Shown here: piece by piece, positions 40,340 through 50,582 of the stretch
Layout of the letters: each line of letters opens with the position of its first letter
Position numbering within the stretch: the stretch's first letter is position 1
NCBI GenBank assembly: GCA_029982205.1
Contig: JARRCM010000006.1
Span: 9,438 to 73,437 of the forward strand
Length of the DNA stretch: 64,000 bases
From: Thermosediminibacterales bacterium
Lineage (GTDB): Bacteria > Bacillota > Thermosediminibacteria > Koleobacterales > JARRCM01
Direction of reading: 5' to 3'
The notes under the pieces: generated by a model
Databases searched by the model: none
Told to the model about the DNA's origin: nothing
The model's input: only the letters and a program-made list of their open reading frames with translations
Program-made: the position numbers and the translations under genes

Positions 40340-41047
40340 TTATTTAAAGTCATAATCCGGCTTGATTTCTTTACACTTCTGTATGGCTTTTTGGAAATCT
40401 CCCCAAACCTGCCATTTGGCCTTTACTAACGCCTGTCCTTTTTTTCTTAACAGATATGCAGGGTGAAAAGTGGGTAATACCCATATCCCCTTATAGATAA
40501 TCCAGTTTCCCCTTTCTTGCATTATACTTGTTTTTTCTTTGAAAAATCTTAATGCAACAGATCCTAATGCTATAATAACTGAAGGTTTTATAATATTTAT
40601 CTCAAGTTCTAAGATTCGTCTGCATGCTGATATTTCCTTTGGAAAAGGAGTGCGATTATTGGGCGGCCTGCATTTTACCACATTAGTTATATATACCTTT
40701 TCCCGATTGATCTCGCTTTTTGATAATATTCTGCTTAAAAGCTGCCCTGCTTTTCCTACAAACGGTTTCCCTTGACGGTCTTCTTCAAACCCGGGGGCTT
40801 CTCCAACAAGCATTAGAGGTGTAAAAATTGACCCTTCTCCGGGAACTTTTTGAGTGCATCCTCCAGAAAATCTCAAGTTGCATTCTTCACATTTTAAAAC
40901 TTTATTTCTTATAGCATTTTTTAAAAAAAGAGCTTTATTCAAGCTTTGATTGCTGTCCTTTAACAAAAATTCAGCTTCTATTTCTGCATTCAATTTAACA
41001 GTTTTAAAGCCAAAAAGCCTCTGAATATCTTCGATGGTTACCCCCAT
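40340..41047 (-). CDS. Family-4 uracil-DNA glycosylase with an N-terminal extension
   Basis: 235 aa. [17 protein letters not shown] motif A, Cys ligands for the 4Fe-4S cluster, and HPAYLLR motif B. Confidence 0.85.
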   Translation of the reverse strand: MGVTIEDIQRLFGFKTVKLNAEIEAEFLLKDSNQSLNKALFLKNAIRNKVLKCEECNLRFSGGCTQKVPGEGSIFTPLMLVGEAPGFEEDRQGKPFVGKAGQLLSRILSKSEINREKVYITNVVKCRPPNNRTPFPKEISACRRILELEINIIKPSVIIALGSVALRFFKEKTSIMQERGNWIIYKGIWVLPTFHPAYLLRKKGQALVKAKWQVWGDFQKAIQKCKEIKPDYDFK

Positions 41048-41134
41048 TTTACTGCCCCCTATTTTTACAATTCATCAATATTATAACATAAATCGTTTTT
41101 TTACCAAAAGCTTATAAATCAAACTGGTTTAATT

Positions 41135-42478
41135 TCATTTTCCATAGTAAATTATAGTGTCTGAAGGTTTATATATGTCAGTCGAAATCAATTCTTTTTT
41201 AACTATTTGACCATATGTATTTTTAACAATCCTCCAGACCTTTACTTTATAGCCAGGCCTGCCTTCTTTTATTCTAATCTCCCCTGGTTTTAAATTGGCA
41301 TCTTTTTCAATTTTTACTTCTGGTTGTATTCGTTCTACAAGTGAAGAATTAATCTCTACATCGATATTATTATTTTTATTTCCAAAAAGTTTAAGTAATA
41401 ATGTATCATCATAGATTTTTGAAATCAACAATAAATAGTCTGGAGTGTTATTTTTGAATTTTAGATCAATTTGATCAAAAACTACTGTTGCGTCTCTCCC
41501 TAAAGGCACGTAACTTACGGGTTGAGAATGGTTTGCCCTCTCTATGATTTCTAAATCAGCCAATAAAGCTGCATTGTATAAAGTAGATGAAACCTGGCAT
41601 ATTCCTCCACCATAATCTAACTCTACTTTGTCGTTTATAAAAACAGGTGCTTTTTCATATCCTCTATCTTCTGAACGTAAACCTATAGTGTCGTTGAACG
41701 AAAATATTTCTCCCGGTTTGATAATACAGCTATTAAGTTTGTTTGCAGCAATTGTAATGTTTTTTGTTCTTGATATTTTTGTTTTATCAAACTTTGTCGA
41801 AAAAGCAGCAATCAGATCATTGATTTTAAGAGATTCAGCATCTTCAGTTGTAAAACTGGGTTTAACCGTTTTGGTTTTTAAAAACACAATACGTGATTTA
41901 GTGTCATTATATGTTAGGGCTTTTTTTAAATCTATTAGAAACAAATCTTCATTTAACTGCCGGCCGTATTTAGAATTAATGATCTTTATTTTGTTGTCTT
42001 GTTCAGTAAATCGAGCATCCGCAGGCGCTTCATATACGGTTTCTTTAAATATATCGAGATGTTTTCTGAAGTTTTTGTTTGTTTTGATTTCAACAGGTAG
42101 ATATACATAGTTTTTTGACATGGCCTTTCTGTTTAAAATTATTCTTATAGGATTTTTTTCCGACCTGCCAATAAGAAAAGCATTTTCAACTGTTTTAGTA
42201 ATATCTAAATCTATTCCTAATTGCTTAGGTGTATATACCCAATTCAAATCTTTATATTTGAATTGTATCTCATCATTTAATATCTCATTTTTTTTATATA
42301 ATAAAATTTTTTCAGCTTCTTTTTTTGTTTTACCCCCTATAGATATATTATATATATATACTCCATCAAATATCATTCTACAGTATTTGATATAGTCACT
42401 TATCAATGTTAAACATGTTCCTGTTATTAATATTAATAATATCAATAACAAAAAAGCAAATGTTTTTTTTAAATACAT
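41135..42478 (-). CDS. VanW-family protein with a C-terminal G5-like domain
   Basis: 447 aa. N-terminal TM anchor, VanW core (GGGICQVSSTLYNAAL...ERANHS) and a C-terminal G5-like segment (...PGYKVKVWR...). Confidence 0.8.
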   Translation of the reverse strand: MYLKKTFAFLLLILLILITGTCLTLISDYIKYCRMIFDGVYIYNISIGGKTKKEAEKILLYKKNEILNDEIQFKYKDLNWVYTPKQLGIDLDITKTVENAFLIGRSEKNPIRIILNRKAMSKNYVYLPVEIKTNKNFRKHLDIFKETVYEAPADARFTEQDNKIKIINSKYGRQLNEDLFLIDLKKALTYNDTKSRIVFLKTKTVKPSFTTEDAESLKINDLIAAFSTKFDKTKISRTKNITIAANKLNSCIIKPGEIFSFNDTIGLRSEDRGYEKAPVFINDKVELDYGGGICQVSSTLYNAALLADLEIIERANHSQPVSYVPLGRDATVVFDQIDLKFKNNTPDYLLLISKIYDDTLLLKLFGNKNNNIDVEINSSLVERIQPEVKIEKDANLKPGEIRIKEGRPGYKVKVWRIVKNTYGQIVKKELISTDIYKPSDTIIYYGK

Positions 42479-42546
42479 AACAGGTAGCCCCTTTAAAAAA
42501 AGATTTTTTGGGATAAATTAGAAGCCGAAAAAATAAAAAGGAAGTT

Positions 42547-42798
42547 TTAAGGGTTTGTGTTGTCTCTTTTATGATAACTCAAAAGAATTGAAGCATATTT
42601 TTTGTTGTTTTTTCTTAGTTGTTTTATTTGCCTTTTCAATCTATTTATTTCATTGTTTCGATTTCTTTCGATTTCGTGTATTAAATTCATCAAAATTCTT
42701 CTTCCAATTCTGAGTTTGGTAATTTTTTCTTCCATTTTTGATATCTTTTCTTTTAAAAAATCTAATTCTTTATAATTATTAACAGTTTGTTTCATCAA
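42547..42798 (-). CDS. Small basic coiled-coil protein, function unknown
   Basis: 83 aa, rich in K/R/E/N/I/L with heptad-like spacing. Good codon usage, but I recognise no family. Confidence 0.5.
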   Translation of the reverse strand: MMKQTVNNYKELDFLKEKISKMEEKITKLRIGRRILMNLIHEIERNRNNEINRLKRQIKQLRKNNKKYASILLSYHKRDNTNP

Positions 42799-42869
42799 AA
42801 CACCTCCATAAATCTTTTGTTTTATATATATTTAAAAACAACTTTTTTTATACTGTTAATAAGCGGTTT

Positions 42870-42921
42870 AAAACAACAACACCCCATTTCCTTTTATAGG
42901 TAAATGGGGTGTTGTTGTTTT
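42870..42921 (-). terminator. Very long perfect hairpin after meaB
   Basis: 20-bp perfect arms AAAACAACAACACCCCAUUU / AAAUGGGGUGUUGUUGUUUU with a 12-nt loop, 7 nt after the meaB stop. Confidence 0.65.
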
Positions 42922-42927
42922 AATGCT

Positions 42928-43875
42928 TTATAATCTTTTTAAGGCTTGTTTAATTATTTCAGTTGAAGCTGTGTACGGATCGGTCAATTTTAAATAGACT
43001 TTCTCTATTAGACCATTTATATCTATATTATTTTCCGTTGATTTGTCATATATGACATTAAATATTTTTAATTTCACCAATTCAAGTATCTCATTCTTGA
43101 TTATTTCCTTACGTTTTTTCATAAGCAAGTTATTAGTTTTAAGAAATTCCAGGTGTTCTAGTACCGTATTTAAAAGTTCTTCTATGCCTTTATTCTCCGT
43201 AGCTGTGGTTTTTACAACGGGGGCCCTCCACAGGCTGTTATCTTGTTTTAGATCTAGCATTAGTTCAATCTCCGTAACTACCTTTTCTGATCCTTCTTTA
43301 TCAGCCTTATTCACCACAAATATATCTCCAATTTCCATTATACCTGCTTTAATCGTCTGTATATCATCACCCAAACCAGGAACCATAACTAAAATAGTGG
43401 TATCGGCCGTTTTTACTATATCAACTTCTGATTGCCCTACACCCACAGTTTCAATAAAAATAAAATCTTTTCCTAGAGCATCTAAAATTTTTACTGCAGA
43501 TAATGTTGCTTTAGATAAACCCCCTAAATGCCCTCTGGTACCCATGCTCCTGATAAAAACCCCTTCGTCTAAACTGAGGTCCTGCATTCGAATTCTATCG
43601 CCCAAAATAGCTCCACCGGTAAAAGGGCTGGTTGGATCAACTGCAATTATACCTACGGTTTTGTTTCTTTTGCGCAGTTCCTTTGCTAATTTGTCTGTTA
43701 AAGTGCTTTTGCCTGAACCTGGAGGGCCTGTAATGCCTATCACATAGGCATTACCTGTATATTTATACAACTCTCTCAAAAAGTTGACAGCTTCAGGGCT
43801 GTCGTTTTCTGCCATGGTTATAAGTTTTGCTGCAGCTCTTCGATCACCGTTTTTTATTCTGGTTACTAAGTCCAT
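42928..43875 (-). CDS. meaB: MeaB/ArgK-type G3E GTPase (B12-mutase chaperone)
   Basis: 315 aa. P-loop GPPGSGKST, plus IAVDPTSPFTGGAILGDRIRM and NKADK. Confidence 0.9.
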   Translation of the reverse strand: MDLVTRIKNGDRRAAAKLITMAENDSPEAVNFLRELYKYTGNAYVIGITGPPGSGKSTLTDKLAKELRKRNKTVGIIAVDPTSPFTGGAILGDRIRMQDLSLDEGVFIRSMGTRGHLGGLSKATLSAVKILDALGKDFIFIETVGVGQSEVDIVKTADTTILVMVPGLGDDIQTIKAGIMEIGDIFVVNKADKEGSEKVVTEIELMLDLKQDNSLWRAPVVKTTATENKGIEELLNTVLEHLEFLKTNNLLMKKRKEIIKNEILELVKLKIFNVIYDKSTENNIDINGLIEKVYLKLTDPYTASTEIIKQALKRL

Positions 43876-43890
43876 TTTTTCACCGCCTGA

Positions 43891-44286
43891 TTATTTTACG
43901 TTACTCTTTATGAAATCAATTATATCTTTAGTAGAAGTTCCAGGAGTAAAAACTTCTGCTATTCCGGCCTGTTTTAATACAGGAATGTCTTCTTCTGGAA
44001 TTACACCTCCACCTATAATAAGAATATCATTTGCTTCTTTTTGTTTAAGCAGCTCGGCAACTTTGCTAAATAAAGGCAAATGAGCTCCAGAGAGACTGCT
44101 CAAACCTATAACATCAACATCTTCTTGTATTGCTGTTTCTACTATTTGTTCTGGTGTTTGCCTTAATCCGGTATATATTACTTCCATTCCAGCATCCCTT
44201 AATGCTCTCGCAATCACTTTTGCCCCTCTATCATGGCCGTCTAAACCAGGTTTTGCTACTAAAACTCTTATCTTTTTTTCTTCCAT
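43891..44286 (-). CDS. Cobalamin-binding small subunit/domain of an acyl-CoA mutase
   Basis: 131 aa. The DxHxxG B12-binding motif sits within [13 protein letters not shown], with GxxG-type S.LSG and GGG.IP. Confidence 0.88.
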   Translation of the reverse strand: MEEKKIRVLVAKPGLDGHDRGAKVIARALRDAGMEVIYTGLRQTPEQIVETAIQEDVDVIGLSSLSGAHLPLFSKVAELLKQKEANDILIIGGGVIPEEDIPVLKQAGIAEVFTPGTSTKDIIDFIKSNVK

Positions 44287-44377
44287 AATCTATAATCCTC
44301 CTTTAAATATAATTTTGTATATTGTATTATCTAATTAATATAATACCAAAAAAAATCATAATTTAACATACTTAAAT

Positions 44378-44421
44378 CAAATTATAACCTCTCTTTTATG
44401 TAAAAGAGAGGTTATAATTTG
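44378..44421 (-). terminator. Long perfect palindrome downstream of gdh
   Basis: 21-nt arms CAAAUUAUAACCUCUCUUUUA / UAAAAGAGAGGUUAUAAUUUG separated by 2 nt, 30 nt after the gdh stop. Confidence 0.6.
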
Positions 44422-44451
44422 ATATGTCTTTTTTTATTTTACGATTTTATT

Positions 44452-45708
44452 TTATAACCATCCGCGTATTTTCATGGCATCAGCCACTCGTTTTACAGAA
44501 ACGAGATAGGCTGCTTCTCTCATATTAACTCCTTTTTCTTTATGCATAGCATAAACTTCTTTAAACGCTTTAACCATAATTGCTTCAAGTTTTGAGTTGA
44601 CTTCTTCTTCTGACCAGTAATAGTTCATCAAATTCTGTACCCATTCAAAGTATGATACGGTAACTCCGCCGGCATTTGCCAAGATATCCGGTATGACCAG
44701 AATTCCATTTTTATAAAGAATTTTATCAGCTTCAGGTGTTGTCGGGCCATTGGCGCATTCACCTATGATTTTGGCTTTTATGTTAGCAGCATTTTTGGAA
44801 GTAATTACGTTTTCTAATGCAGCAGGAATAAGAATATCGACATCAAGTTCCAGCAGTTCTTCTCCACTGATATCTTTAGTTCCAGGGAAACCTTTTACCG
44901 TAGATGTATTTTCTTTATGTTTAAGAACAGCAAGTGGGTCTAAACCTTCAGGATTGTAGGCTCCACCTTTGGAATCATTTACAGCTACGATTTTACATCC
45001 AAGTTCAGCCAACAGTTTAGCAGCTACACTGCCAGCATTTCCATATCCCTGAACCGCCACAGTTGCTCCATTCAAATCCAATCCAATTTCTTTAGCGGCT
45101 TCACGAATTGTAAAGGTGCATCCTCGAGCTGTGGCTTCATTTCTTCCGGCCGAACCTCCGAGATTAAGAGGTTTTCCTGTAACAACACCGGGTGTATTGT
45201 ATCCTTTTAATTTGCTGTATTCATCCATAAACCATGCCATTATTTGCGGGTTTGTATAGACATCAGGAGCTGGAATATCTTTTTCCGGGCCAACCATTGA
45301 TGCAATAGCTCTAAAATATCCCCTTGCAAGTCTTTCAAGTTCTGATTTTGAAAGCTCTTTAGGGTTTACAACAACTCCGCCTTTTGCTCCTCCATATGGA
45401 ATTCCTACAACTGAACATTTTATAGTCATCCATGTAGAAAGAGCTTTAACTTCATCTAATGTAACATCAGGATGGAACCTGACACCACCCTTTGCGGGCC
45501 CTACGGCTGTGTTATGCTGGGAACGGAATCCAATAAAAGTTTTAATACTGCCATCATCCATCTTAACAGGAATGTTTACGGTAAGAACCTTTTCCGGTTC
45601 CTTTAACAATTCATATACGGAATCGTCATAACCCAGCTTTTCACAAGCAGTTTTCAGCTGTTGCTGAACAATCTTAAAAGGATTAAGTAGTTCAGCCATT
45701 TTTAACAC
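44452..45708 (-). CDS. gdh: Glutamate dehydrogenase
   Basis: 418 aa. The catalytic-Lys motif GPAKGGVRFHP, PYGGAKGG and dinucleotide fold GYGNAGS. Confidence 0.95.
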   Translation of the reverse strand: MLKMAELLNPFKIVQQQLKTACEKLGYDDSVYELLKEPEKVLTVNIPVKMDDGSIKTFIGFRSQHNTAVGPAKGGVRFHPDVTLDEVKALSTWMTIKCSVVGIPYGGAKGGVVVNPKELSKSELERLARGYFRAIASMVGPEKDIPAPDVYTNPQIMAWFMDEYSKLKGYNTPGVVTGKPLNLGGSAGRNEATARGCTFTIREAAKEIGLDLNGATVAVQGYGNAGSVAAKLLAELGCKIVAVNDSKGGAYNPEGLDPLAVLKHKENTSTVKGFPGTKDISGEELLELDVDILIPAALENVITSKNAANIKAKIIGECANGPTTPEADKILYKNGILVIPDILANAGGVTVSYFEWVQNLMNYYWSEEEVNSKLEAIMVKAFKEVYAMHKEKGVNMREAAYLVSVKRVADAMKIRGWL

Positions 45709-45883
45709 CCTCCTTATTTTTTTGTTATTCTCTATAATTCTCTAATCATACTATACGGTTAAGCCTTAATTCACCTCCTTCAAAATGCTAAAATAAAGCA
45801 GCAACTATATTTAATATTTTATGATTTATAGTATTCTACATATAACAAATAAATCCTTCTAGAATTATTTTTCCTAAATTCAA

Positions 45884-45925
45884 AAAACCTGTTTATTCAT
45901 TTTTATTTATGAATAAACAGGTTTT
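45884..45925 (-). terminator. Rho-independent terminator after spoVS
   Basis: 17-bp stem AAAACCUGUUUAUUCAU / AUGAAUAAACAGGUUUU with an 8-nt loop, followed by UUGAAUUU. Confidence 0.75.
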
Positions 45926-45933
45926 AAAAAAAC

Positions 45934-46194
45934 CTATCGAGGTTGAACGATCAATTTTATAGCTGTCCGTTCCTCTCCATCTATTTCAATGTCTGTGAAT
46001 GCGGGTATACAAATCAAATCAACTCCACTTGGAGCAACAAACCCTCGTGCTATAGCTACTGCTTTTACTGCCTGATTTAGTGCCCCTGCTCCTATTGCTT
46101 GAATTTCTGCCCCACCTCTTTCACGTAAAACACCGGCTAATGCACCTGCAACTGAGTTGGGATTTGATTTTGCTGATACTTTTAATACTTCCAT
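45934..46194 (-). CDS. spoVS: Stage V sporulation protein S
   Basis: 86 aa. Near full-length identity in pattern to SpoVS (MEVLKVSAKSNPNSVAGALAGVLRE...AIGAGALNQAVKAVAIARGF). Confidence 0.95.
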   Translation of the reverse strand: MEVLKVSAKSNPNSVAGALAGVLRERGGAEIQAIGAGALNQAVKAVAIARGFVAPSGVDLICIPAFTDIEIDGEERTAIKLIVQPR

Positions 46195-46242
46195 GGATAT
46201 AACCTCCTTATGAGTTTAATAATTACTAGATATGTAATTATA

Positions 46243-46268
46243 TTCTATAGAGTAGATTTAAAATCCTC
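46243..46268 (-). promoter_or_regulatory. Candidate sigma-H promoter for spoVS
   Basis: The minus strand has AGGAUUU (46268-46262), 12 nt, then AUAGAAUAU (GAAT at 46246-46243). This fits RNAGGAWWW-N11-12-RNNGAATWW. Confidence 0.4.
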
Positions 46269-46315
46269 TTTTTCCCACTTCAAAAAATACTTTTTTTACT
46301 AAAAATTTAATCATT

Positions 46316-47101
46316 CTAAATATTGTCATATTTTAAATTTAATCTGCAAATGTTTTTAGCTTTTCCGAGTTTGTCATCTATTTCGATTACTACCGCATTT
46401 ATTTGTGCGGGGCCTTTTGCAACCTCAAAGCGAACAGGCATTTGCGTAAGAAATTTCTTTAAAATTATGCCAGTTTCAACTCCAAGTACAGAGTTGTAGG
46501 GTCCGGTCATTCCCACATCGGTAATATAAGCAGTATCTCCCGGAAGGATACATTCATCAGCAGTCTGTATATGTGTATGAGTACCGACGACAGCACTTAC
46601 TTTTCCGGCTAAAAACCATCCCATGGCTACTTTTTCAGATGTGGCTTCTGCATGAAAATCAACCAGTATACAGTTAGTTTTATCTTTGATTTTTGATATT
46701 TCCGTTTTAACAGACATAAAAGGACAGTTAAGAGGATCTAAAAAAATTCTGCCTGAAACATTTATGACTCCTAAGCTGGTATTATTTTTATTAATAACCA
46801 TAGAACCTTTACCTGGACACTCCGCAGGATAATTTGCAGGTCTAATAATACGGTTATCGCTGTCTATAAAATCAATTATTTCTTTTTTATCCCAAACATG
46901 GTTACCCATTGTTAAGAAATCTATTCCTGAAGAATAAAGTTCCTCTGCTACTTTTTTTGTAAGACCATTCCCCCCTGCAGCATTTTCTCCATTTGCTATC
47001 GTTATATCAATACAAAATCTTTCTATTATTTCTTTCAAATGTTTTTTTACCACATTTCTTCCCGGTCTACCCATAATATCCCCAACAAACAAAACATTAA
47101 T
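46316..47101 (-). CDS. ymdB: YmdB-family metallophosphoesterase (2',3'-cyclic-nucleotide phosphodiesterase)
   Basis: FVGDIMGRPGR, GENAAGG, GNHVWD, DFHAE and GTHTHIQTAD motifs. The start is proposed at ATT 47101 (GGAGAGGGTGA-N6-ATT). The only canonical in-frame start is the TTG at 47092, with poor SD spacing. Confidence 0.88.
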   Translation of the reverse strand: MNVLFVGDIMGRPGRNVVKKHLKEIIERFCIDITIANGENAAGGNGLTKKVAEELYSSGIDFLTMGNHVWDKKEIIDFIDSDNRIIRPANYPAECPGKGSMVINKNNTSLGVINVSGRIFLDPLNCPFMSVKTEISKIKDKTNCILVDFHAEATSEKVAMGWFLAGKVSAVVGTHTHIQTADECILPGDTAYITDVGMTGPYNSVLGVETGIILKKFLTQMPVRFEVAKGPAQINAVVIEIDDKLGKAKNICRLNLKYDNI

Positions 47102-47191
47102 AAAAAATCACCCTCTCCTGCATTATCAAAATTATTATTACCAGTATTATTAGTATTATTAGCAATTCTTATCCAGTTAAAAATTTATAAG

Positions 47192-47215
47192 AAAAACGCG
47201 CTTAAGCGCGTTTAT
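47192..47215 (-). terminator. Terminator after rny
   Basis: AAACGCGC-uuaa-GCGCGUUU stem followed by UUUCUU on the minus strand. Confidence 0.65.
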
Positions 47216-47226
47216 TTATTGAATTG

Positions 47227-48768
47227 TTATTTTGCATATTCTACTGCACGTATTTCTCTAATAACATTAACTTTAATTTGGCCGGGATACTCTAATTCTT
47301 CTTCAATTTTTTTAGCAACGCTTCTTGCGATCTGAGCAGCTTCATAATCATCCACATCCTCAGGTTTAACCATTATTCGAACTTCACGACCAGCTTGAAT
47401 AGCATACGCTTTTTCAACACCTTTAAAAGAATCTGCGATTTCTTCAAGCTTCTCTAAACGTTTTATATATGACTCAAGAGTTTCTCTCCGGGCTCCGGGA
47501 CGCGCAGCGGAAATGGCATCTGCTGCTTGGACAAGTATGGCTTCCACAGATTTTGGTTCTACATCATTGTGATGTGCTGCTATTGCATGTATCACTTCAG
47601 GAGTTTCCCGGAATTTTTTGGCTAATTCAGCTCCAATAGTTGCATGAGGGCCTTCTACTTCATGGTCAATAGCCTTGCCAATGTCATGTAAAAGCCCCGC
47701 TCTCTTAGCAATTTGTATATCAGCACCTAATTCTGCAGCCATCACCCCTGCTAAATGAGCAACTTCTATCGAATGTTTTAATACATTTTGGCCATAACTT
47801 GTTCTGAATTTTAGCTTTCCAAGAAGTTTAACAATTTCTACATGCAAACCGTGCACTCCTGTTTCAAAAGTGGCTTGTTCCCCTTCTTCTCTAATACGGG
47901 TGTCTACTTCTTTTTGGGCCTTTTCGACCATCTCTTCTATCCTAGCAGGATGGATTCTTCCATCAGTTATCAGTTTTTCAAGAGCAACTTTGGCTACTTC
48001 CCTTCTTATAGGATCAAATCCCGAAAGAATCACAGCTTCTGGTGTATCATCAATTATCAAATCAATCCCTGTAAGAGTTTCTAAAGCCCTGATGTTCCTT
48101 CCTTCTCGACCGATTATTCGGCCTTTCATTTCATCATTAGGTAATGAAATGACTGAAACAGTTGTTTCAGCAGCATGATCGGCCGCACATTTTTGAATTG
48201 CCATTGAAATAATTTCTTTTGCTCTTTTTTCAGCTTCTTCTCGAGCTTCAGTTTCAATCTCTTTAATCATCATCGCTGCTTCATGTTTTATCTCATCTCT
48301 TATGTTAGATAAAAGAAGCTCTTTTGCTTCTTCAGAAGTCAAGCCTGATAATCTTTCTAATTCTGCAAGCTGTTGTTTGTAAATCTCTTGAATCTTGTTT
48401 TGAGTATCATTAATTTGTTGTTCTTTTTCAGTCAATGATTGTTCTTTTTTTTCTAAAATTTCGGCTTTTTTGGTTAATATCTCTTCTTTTTGTTCTAAAC
48501 GTCGTTCTATCCTATGGAACTCATTTCTTCGTTCTCTTATTTCTTTTTCAAACTCGTTTCGCAATTTGTGAAGTTCTTCTTTAGCTTCTAACATTGCTTC
48601 TCTTTTGTTAGATTCAGCTTCTCTGTGTGCTTCTTCGATTATTTTCTTTGCTGCTTCTTCCGCAGAAGCTATTTTTGCTTCAGCTATATATTTTCGCACG
48701 AAATAACCTATCAAAAAGGAGACTATTACAATAGAAACAAGAATTATTATTATTGGTATTAGATTAAT
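47227..48768 (-). CDS. rny: Ribonuclease Y
   Basis: KH domain ([11 protein letters not shown]) and HD domain ([10 protein letters not shown]...LLHDIGKA). The N-terminal TM helix [23 protein letters not shown] is only encoded if translation starts at ATT 48768 (GGAGGTGA-N6-ATT). The track start, TTG 48714, lacks the anchor. Confidence 0.92.
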   Translation of the reverse strand: MNLIPIIIILVSIVIVSFLIGYFVRKYIAEAKIASAEEAAKKIIEEAHREAESNKREAMLEAKEELHKLRNEFEKEIRERRNEFHRIERRLEQKEEILTKKAEILEKKEQSLTEKEQQINDTQNKIQEIYKQQLAELERLSGLTSEEAKELLLSNIRDEIKHEAAMMIKEIETEAREEAEKRAKEIISMAIQKCAADHAAETTVSVISLPNDEMKGRIIGREGRNIRALETLTGIDLIIDDTPEAVILSGFDPIRREVAKVALEKLITDGRIHPARIEEMVEKAQKEVDTRIREEGEQATFETGVHGLHVEIVKLLGKLKFRTSYGQNVLKHSIEVAHLAGVMAAELGADIQIAKRAGLLHDIGKAIDHEVEGPHATIGAELAKKFRETPEVIHAIAAHHNDVEPKSVEAILVQAADAISAARPGARRETLESYIKRLEKLEEIADSFKGVEKAYAIQAGREVRIMVKPEDVDDYEAAQIARSVAKKIEEELEYPGQIKVNVIREIRAVEYAK

Positions 48769-48957
48769 ATAACCTCACCTCCATAAAACTTAGTAGAAAC
48801 TCAACTATAAAGAAATAAAACCGAGGGGAACTCGGCTTTATAAAGAGAAACATTTTATATGTTGTTATTACAGTTAAAAGTCGCTCTTAAATAAAGACTC
48901 TGCCTTAGTTCCTGCTATTGACCCGAAAAACTAAGCTGATGTTGTTATCACAAATTT

Positions 48958-48986
48958 ATTTTATATCTTTTTTTATACATTGTCAA
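48958..48986 (-). promoter_or_regulatory. Sigma-A promoter upstream of rny (long 5' UTR)
   Basis: TTGACA (48986-48981), a 17-nt spacer and TAAAAT (48963-48958). The leader to the rny start is about 180 nt. Confidence 0.5.
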
Positions 48987-49015
48987 GCTAATAAATTCCA
49001 GCAATCACGCAGGGT

Positions 49016-49486
49016 TTAAGTTCTTAGCTGATTTTTAAGCTCCTGTAATATTTTAATTATAACATCATACCCGAAACCCCTTCTCTTCAAAAAAGCAGCT
49101 GTTTTATTCAGCTTTTTTTCCATGGAATCATTATGATATCTTTTGATTCTCGTATTTGCAAGCTTTAAGGCTGTTTGATATTCATATTCCTCAGAAATGT
49201 CAGAAACCAGTTTTTCTATTATCTCTTTTGGTATACCCTTTTTGGCTAAGTCCCAATATACCTTTCTTTTGCCAACAGGTTTTAAAAGTTGATGGTTTTC
49301 TAACCAAAGCTTTGCGTATTCTTCATCGTTTAAGTATTTCTTTTGCTTCAATTCACGAACAGCCTGTTCTACAACATCTTCTTTAAAACCTTTATTAATA
49401 AGTTTTTTATAAATTTCTTGCGATGTATAATTTTTATATGAAAGAATTCTTAATGCTTCATTATATGCTTTTTTTATTTCTTCCAT
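49016..49486 (-). CDS. recX: Recombination regulator RecX
   Basis: 156 aa, helical-repeat protein immediately downstream of recA. Typical A...AL..L..R..S..E and GY.DD. patterns. Confidence 0.85.
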   Translation of the reverse strand: MEEIKKAYNEALRILSYKNYTSQEIYKKLINKGFKEDVVEQAVRELKQKKYLNDEEYAKLWLENHQLLKPVGKRKVYWDLAKKGIPKEIIEKLVSDISEEYEYQTALKLANTRIKRYHNDSMEKKLNKTAAFLKRRGFGYDVIIKILQELKNQLRT

Positions 49487-49488
49487 TG

Positions 49489-50529
49489 CTATCTAACCTT
49501 TTGCTTGGTTTTTTCTTCTATTTCTTTGTTTTCGCTTTTCTTAACCAATCCGAATTTTTCTTTAATTTTCATCTCGATTTCTTTACATATTTCAACATTG
49601 TCTCTTAAAAATTGCTTTGCGTTTTCCCTTCCCTGACCCAGACGCTCATCACCGTAAGAATACCATGAACCACTCTTATTTAACACGCCTATATCTACTC
49701 CAAAGTCAAGAATACAGCCTTCTTTAGAGATACCTTCACCGTACATGATGTCAAATTCCGCTTGTTTAAAAGGAGGCGCCAGTTTGTTTTTTACTATTTT
49801 TACACGTGTTCTGTTGCCTATCAGTTCATTTCCCTGCTTAAGTGTTTCTGTTCTTTTAACTTCCATTCGGATTGATGAATAGAATTTTAATGCTCTACCC
49901 CCAGGAGTTGTTTCAGGGTTGCCATAAATTACACCGACTTTTTCCCTGATTTGATTTATAAAAATCGCAGTTGTGTTTGATTTGCTGATAGCTCCTGCCA
50001 ACTTTCTTAAAGCCTGAGACATAAGCCTTGCCTGTAAACCCACATGAGCATCACCCATTTCACCATCTATTTCAGCCCTGGGTACCAATGCGGCAACTGA
50101 GTCTATAACTACAACGTCTACAGCGCCGCTCCTGACAAGGTGTTCTGAAATTTCTAAAGCTTGCTCACCATTATCAGGTTGAGATATTAAAAGATTGTCT
50201 ATATCAACTCCTAATTTTTTTGAATAAGATGGATCAAGTGCGTGTTCTGCATCAATAAAAGCTGCTATGCCTCCAGCTTTTTGCGCTTCAGCAATAATAT
50301 GTAGTGCAACAGTCGTTTTACCCGAAGACTCAGGGCCATAAATCTCTACAATACGCCCTCGAGGGACACCACCGATTCCCAAAGCAATATCTAAAGGTAA
50401 GGCGCCGGTGCTTATTACATCAACATTCAACTTGGCAGTTGCCTGGCCCAATTTCATGATTGAGCCTTTGCCGAACTGTTTTTCAATTTGCTTTAAGGCG
50501 TTCTGAAGAGCCTGTATTTTTTCAGACAT
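49489..50529 (-). CDS. recA: Recombinase RecA
   Basis: 346 aa. Walker [10 protein letters not shown], plus [19 protein letters not shown], and L1/L2 loop regions. Confidence 0.98.
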   Translation of the reverse strand: MSEKIQALQNALKQIEKQFGKGSIMKLGQATAKLNVDVISTGALPLDIALGIGGVPRGRIVEIYGPESSGKTTVALHIIAEAQKAGGIAAFIDAEHALDPSYSKKLGVDIDNLLISQPDNGEQALEISEHLVRSGAVDVVVIDSVAALVPRAEIDGEMGDAHVGLQARLMSQALRKLAGAISKSNTTAIFINQIREKVGVIYGNPETTPGGRALKFYSSIRMEVKRTETLKQGNELIGNRTRVKIVKNKLAPPFKQAEFDIMYGEGISKEGCILDFGVDIGVLNKSGSWYSYGDERLGQGRENAKQFLRDNVEICKEIEMKIKEKFGLVKKSENKEIEEKTKQKVR

Positions 50530-50582
50530 TTTTTTGACCTCCTTGATAAAACATATGTTCGATCGTGATTGTAAAATAAAAC

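Noticed and set aside
42870-42921. Long perfect inverted repeats (also 44378-44421), considered as MITE or IS termini
   Set aside because: Each is a single hairpin just downstream of a stop codon. There are no target-site duplication, no internal cargo and no second copy in the window, so terminators are the simpler reading.
43043-43747. 234-aa plus-strand ORF
   Set aside because: It is antisense to meaB, has a low-complexity S/F/I-rich translation and no start context. It is a shadow ORF.
47125-47170. Repetitive ATTATTA / GTATTATTA run upstream of ymdB, considered as a repeat array or CRISPR fragment
   Set aside because: These are short, degenerate, AT-rich low-complexity units without spacers of defined length. 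They lie in the intergenic region between rny and ymdB.
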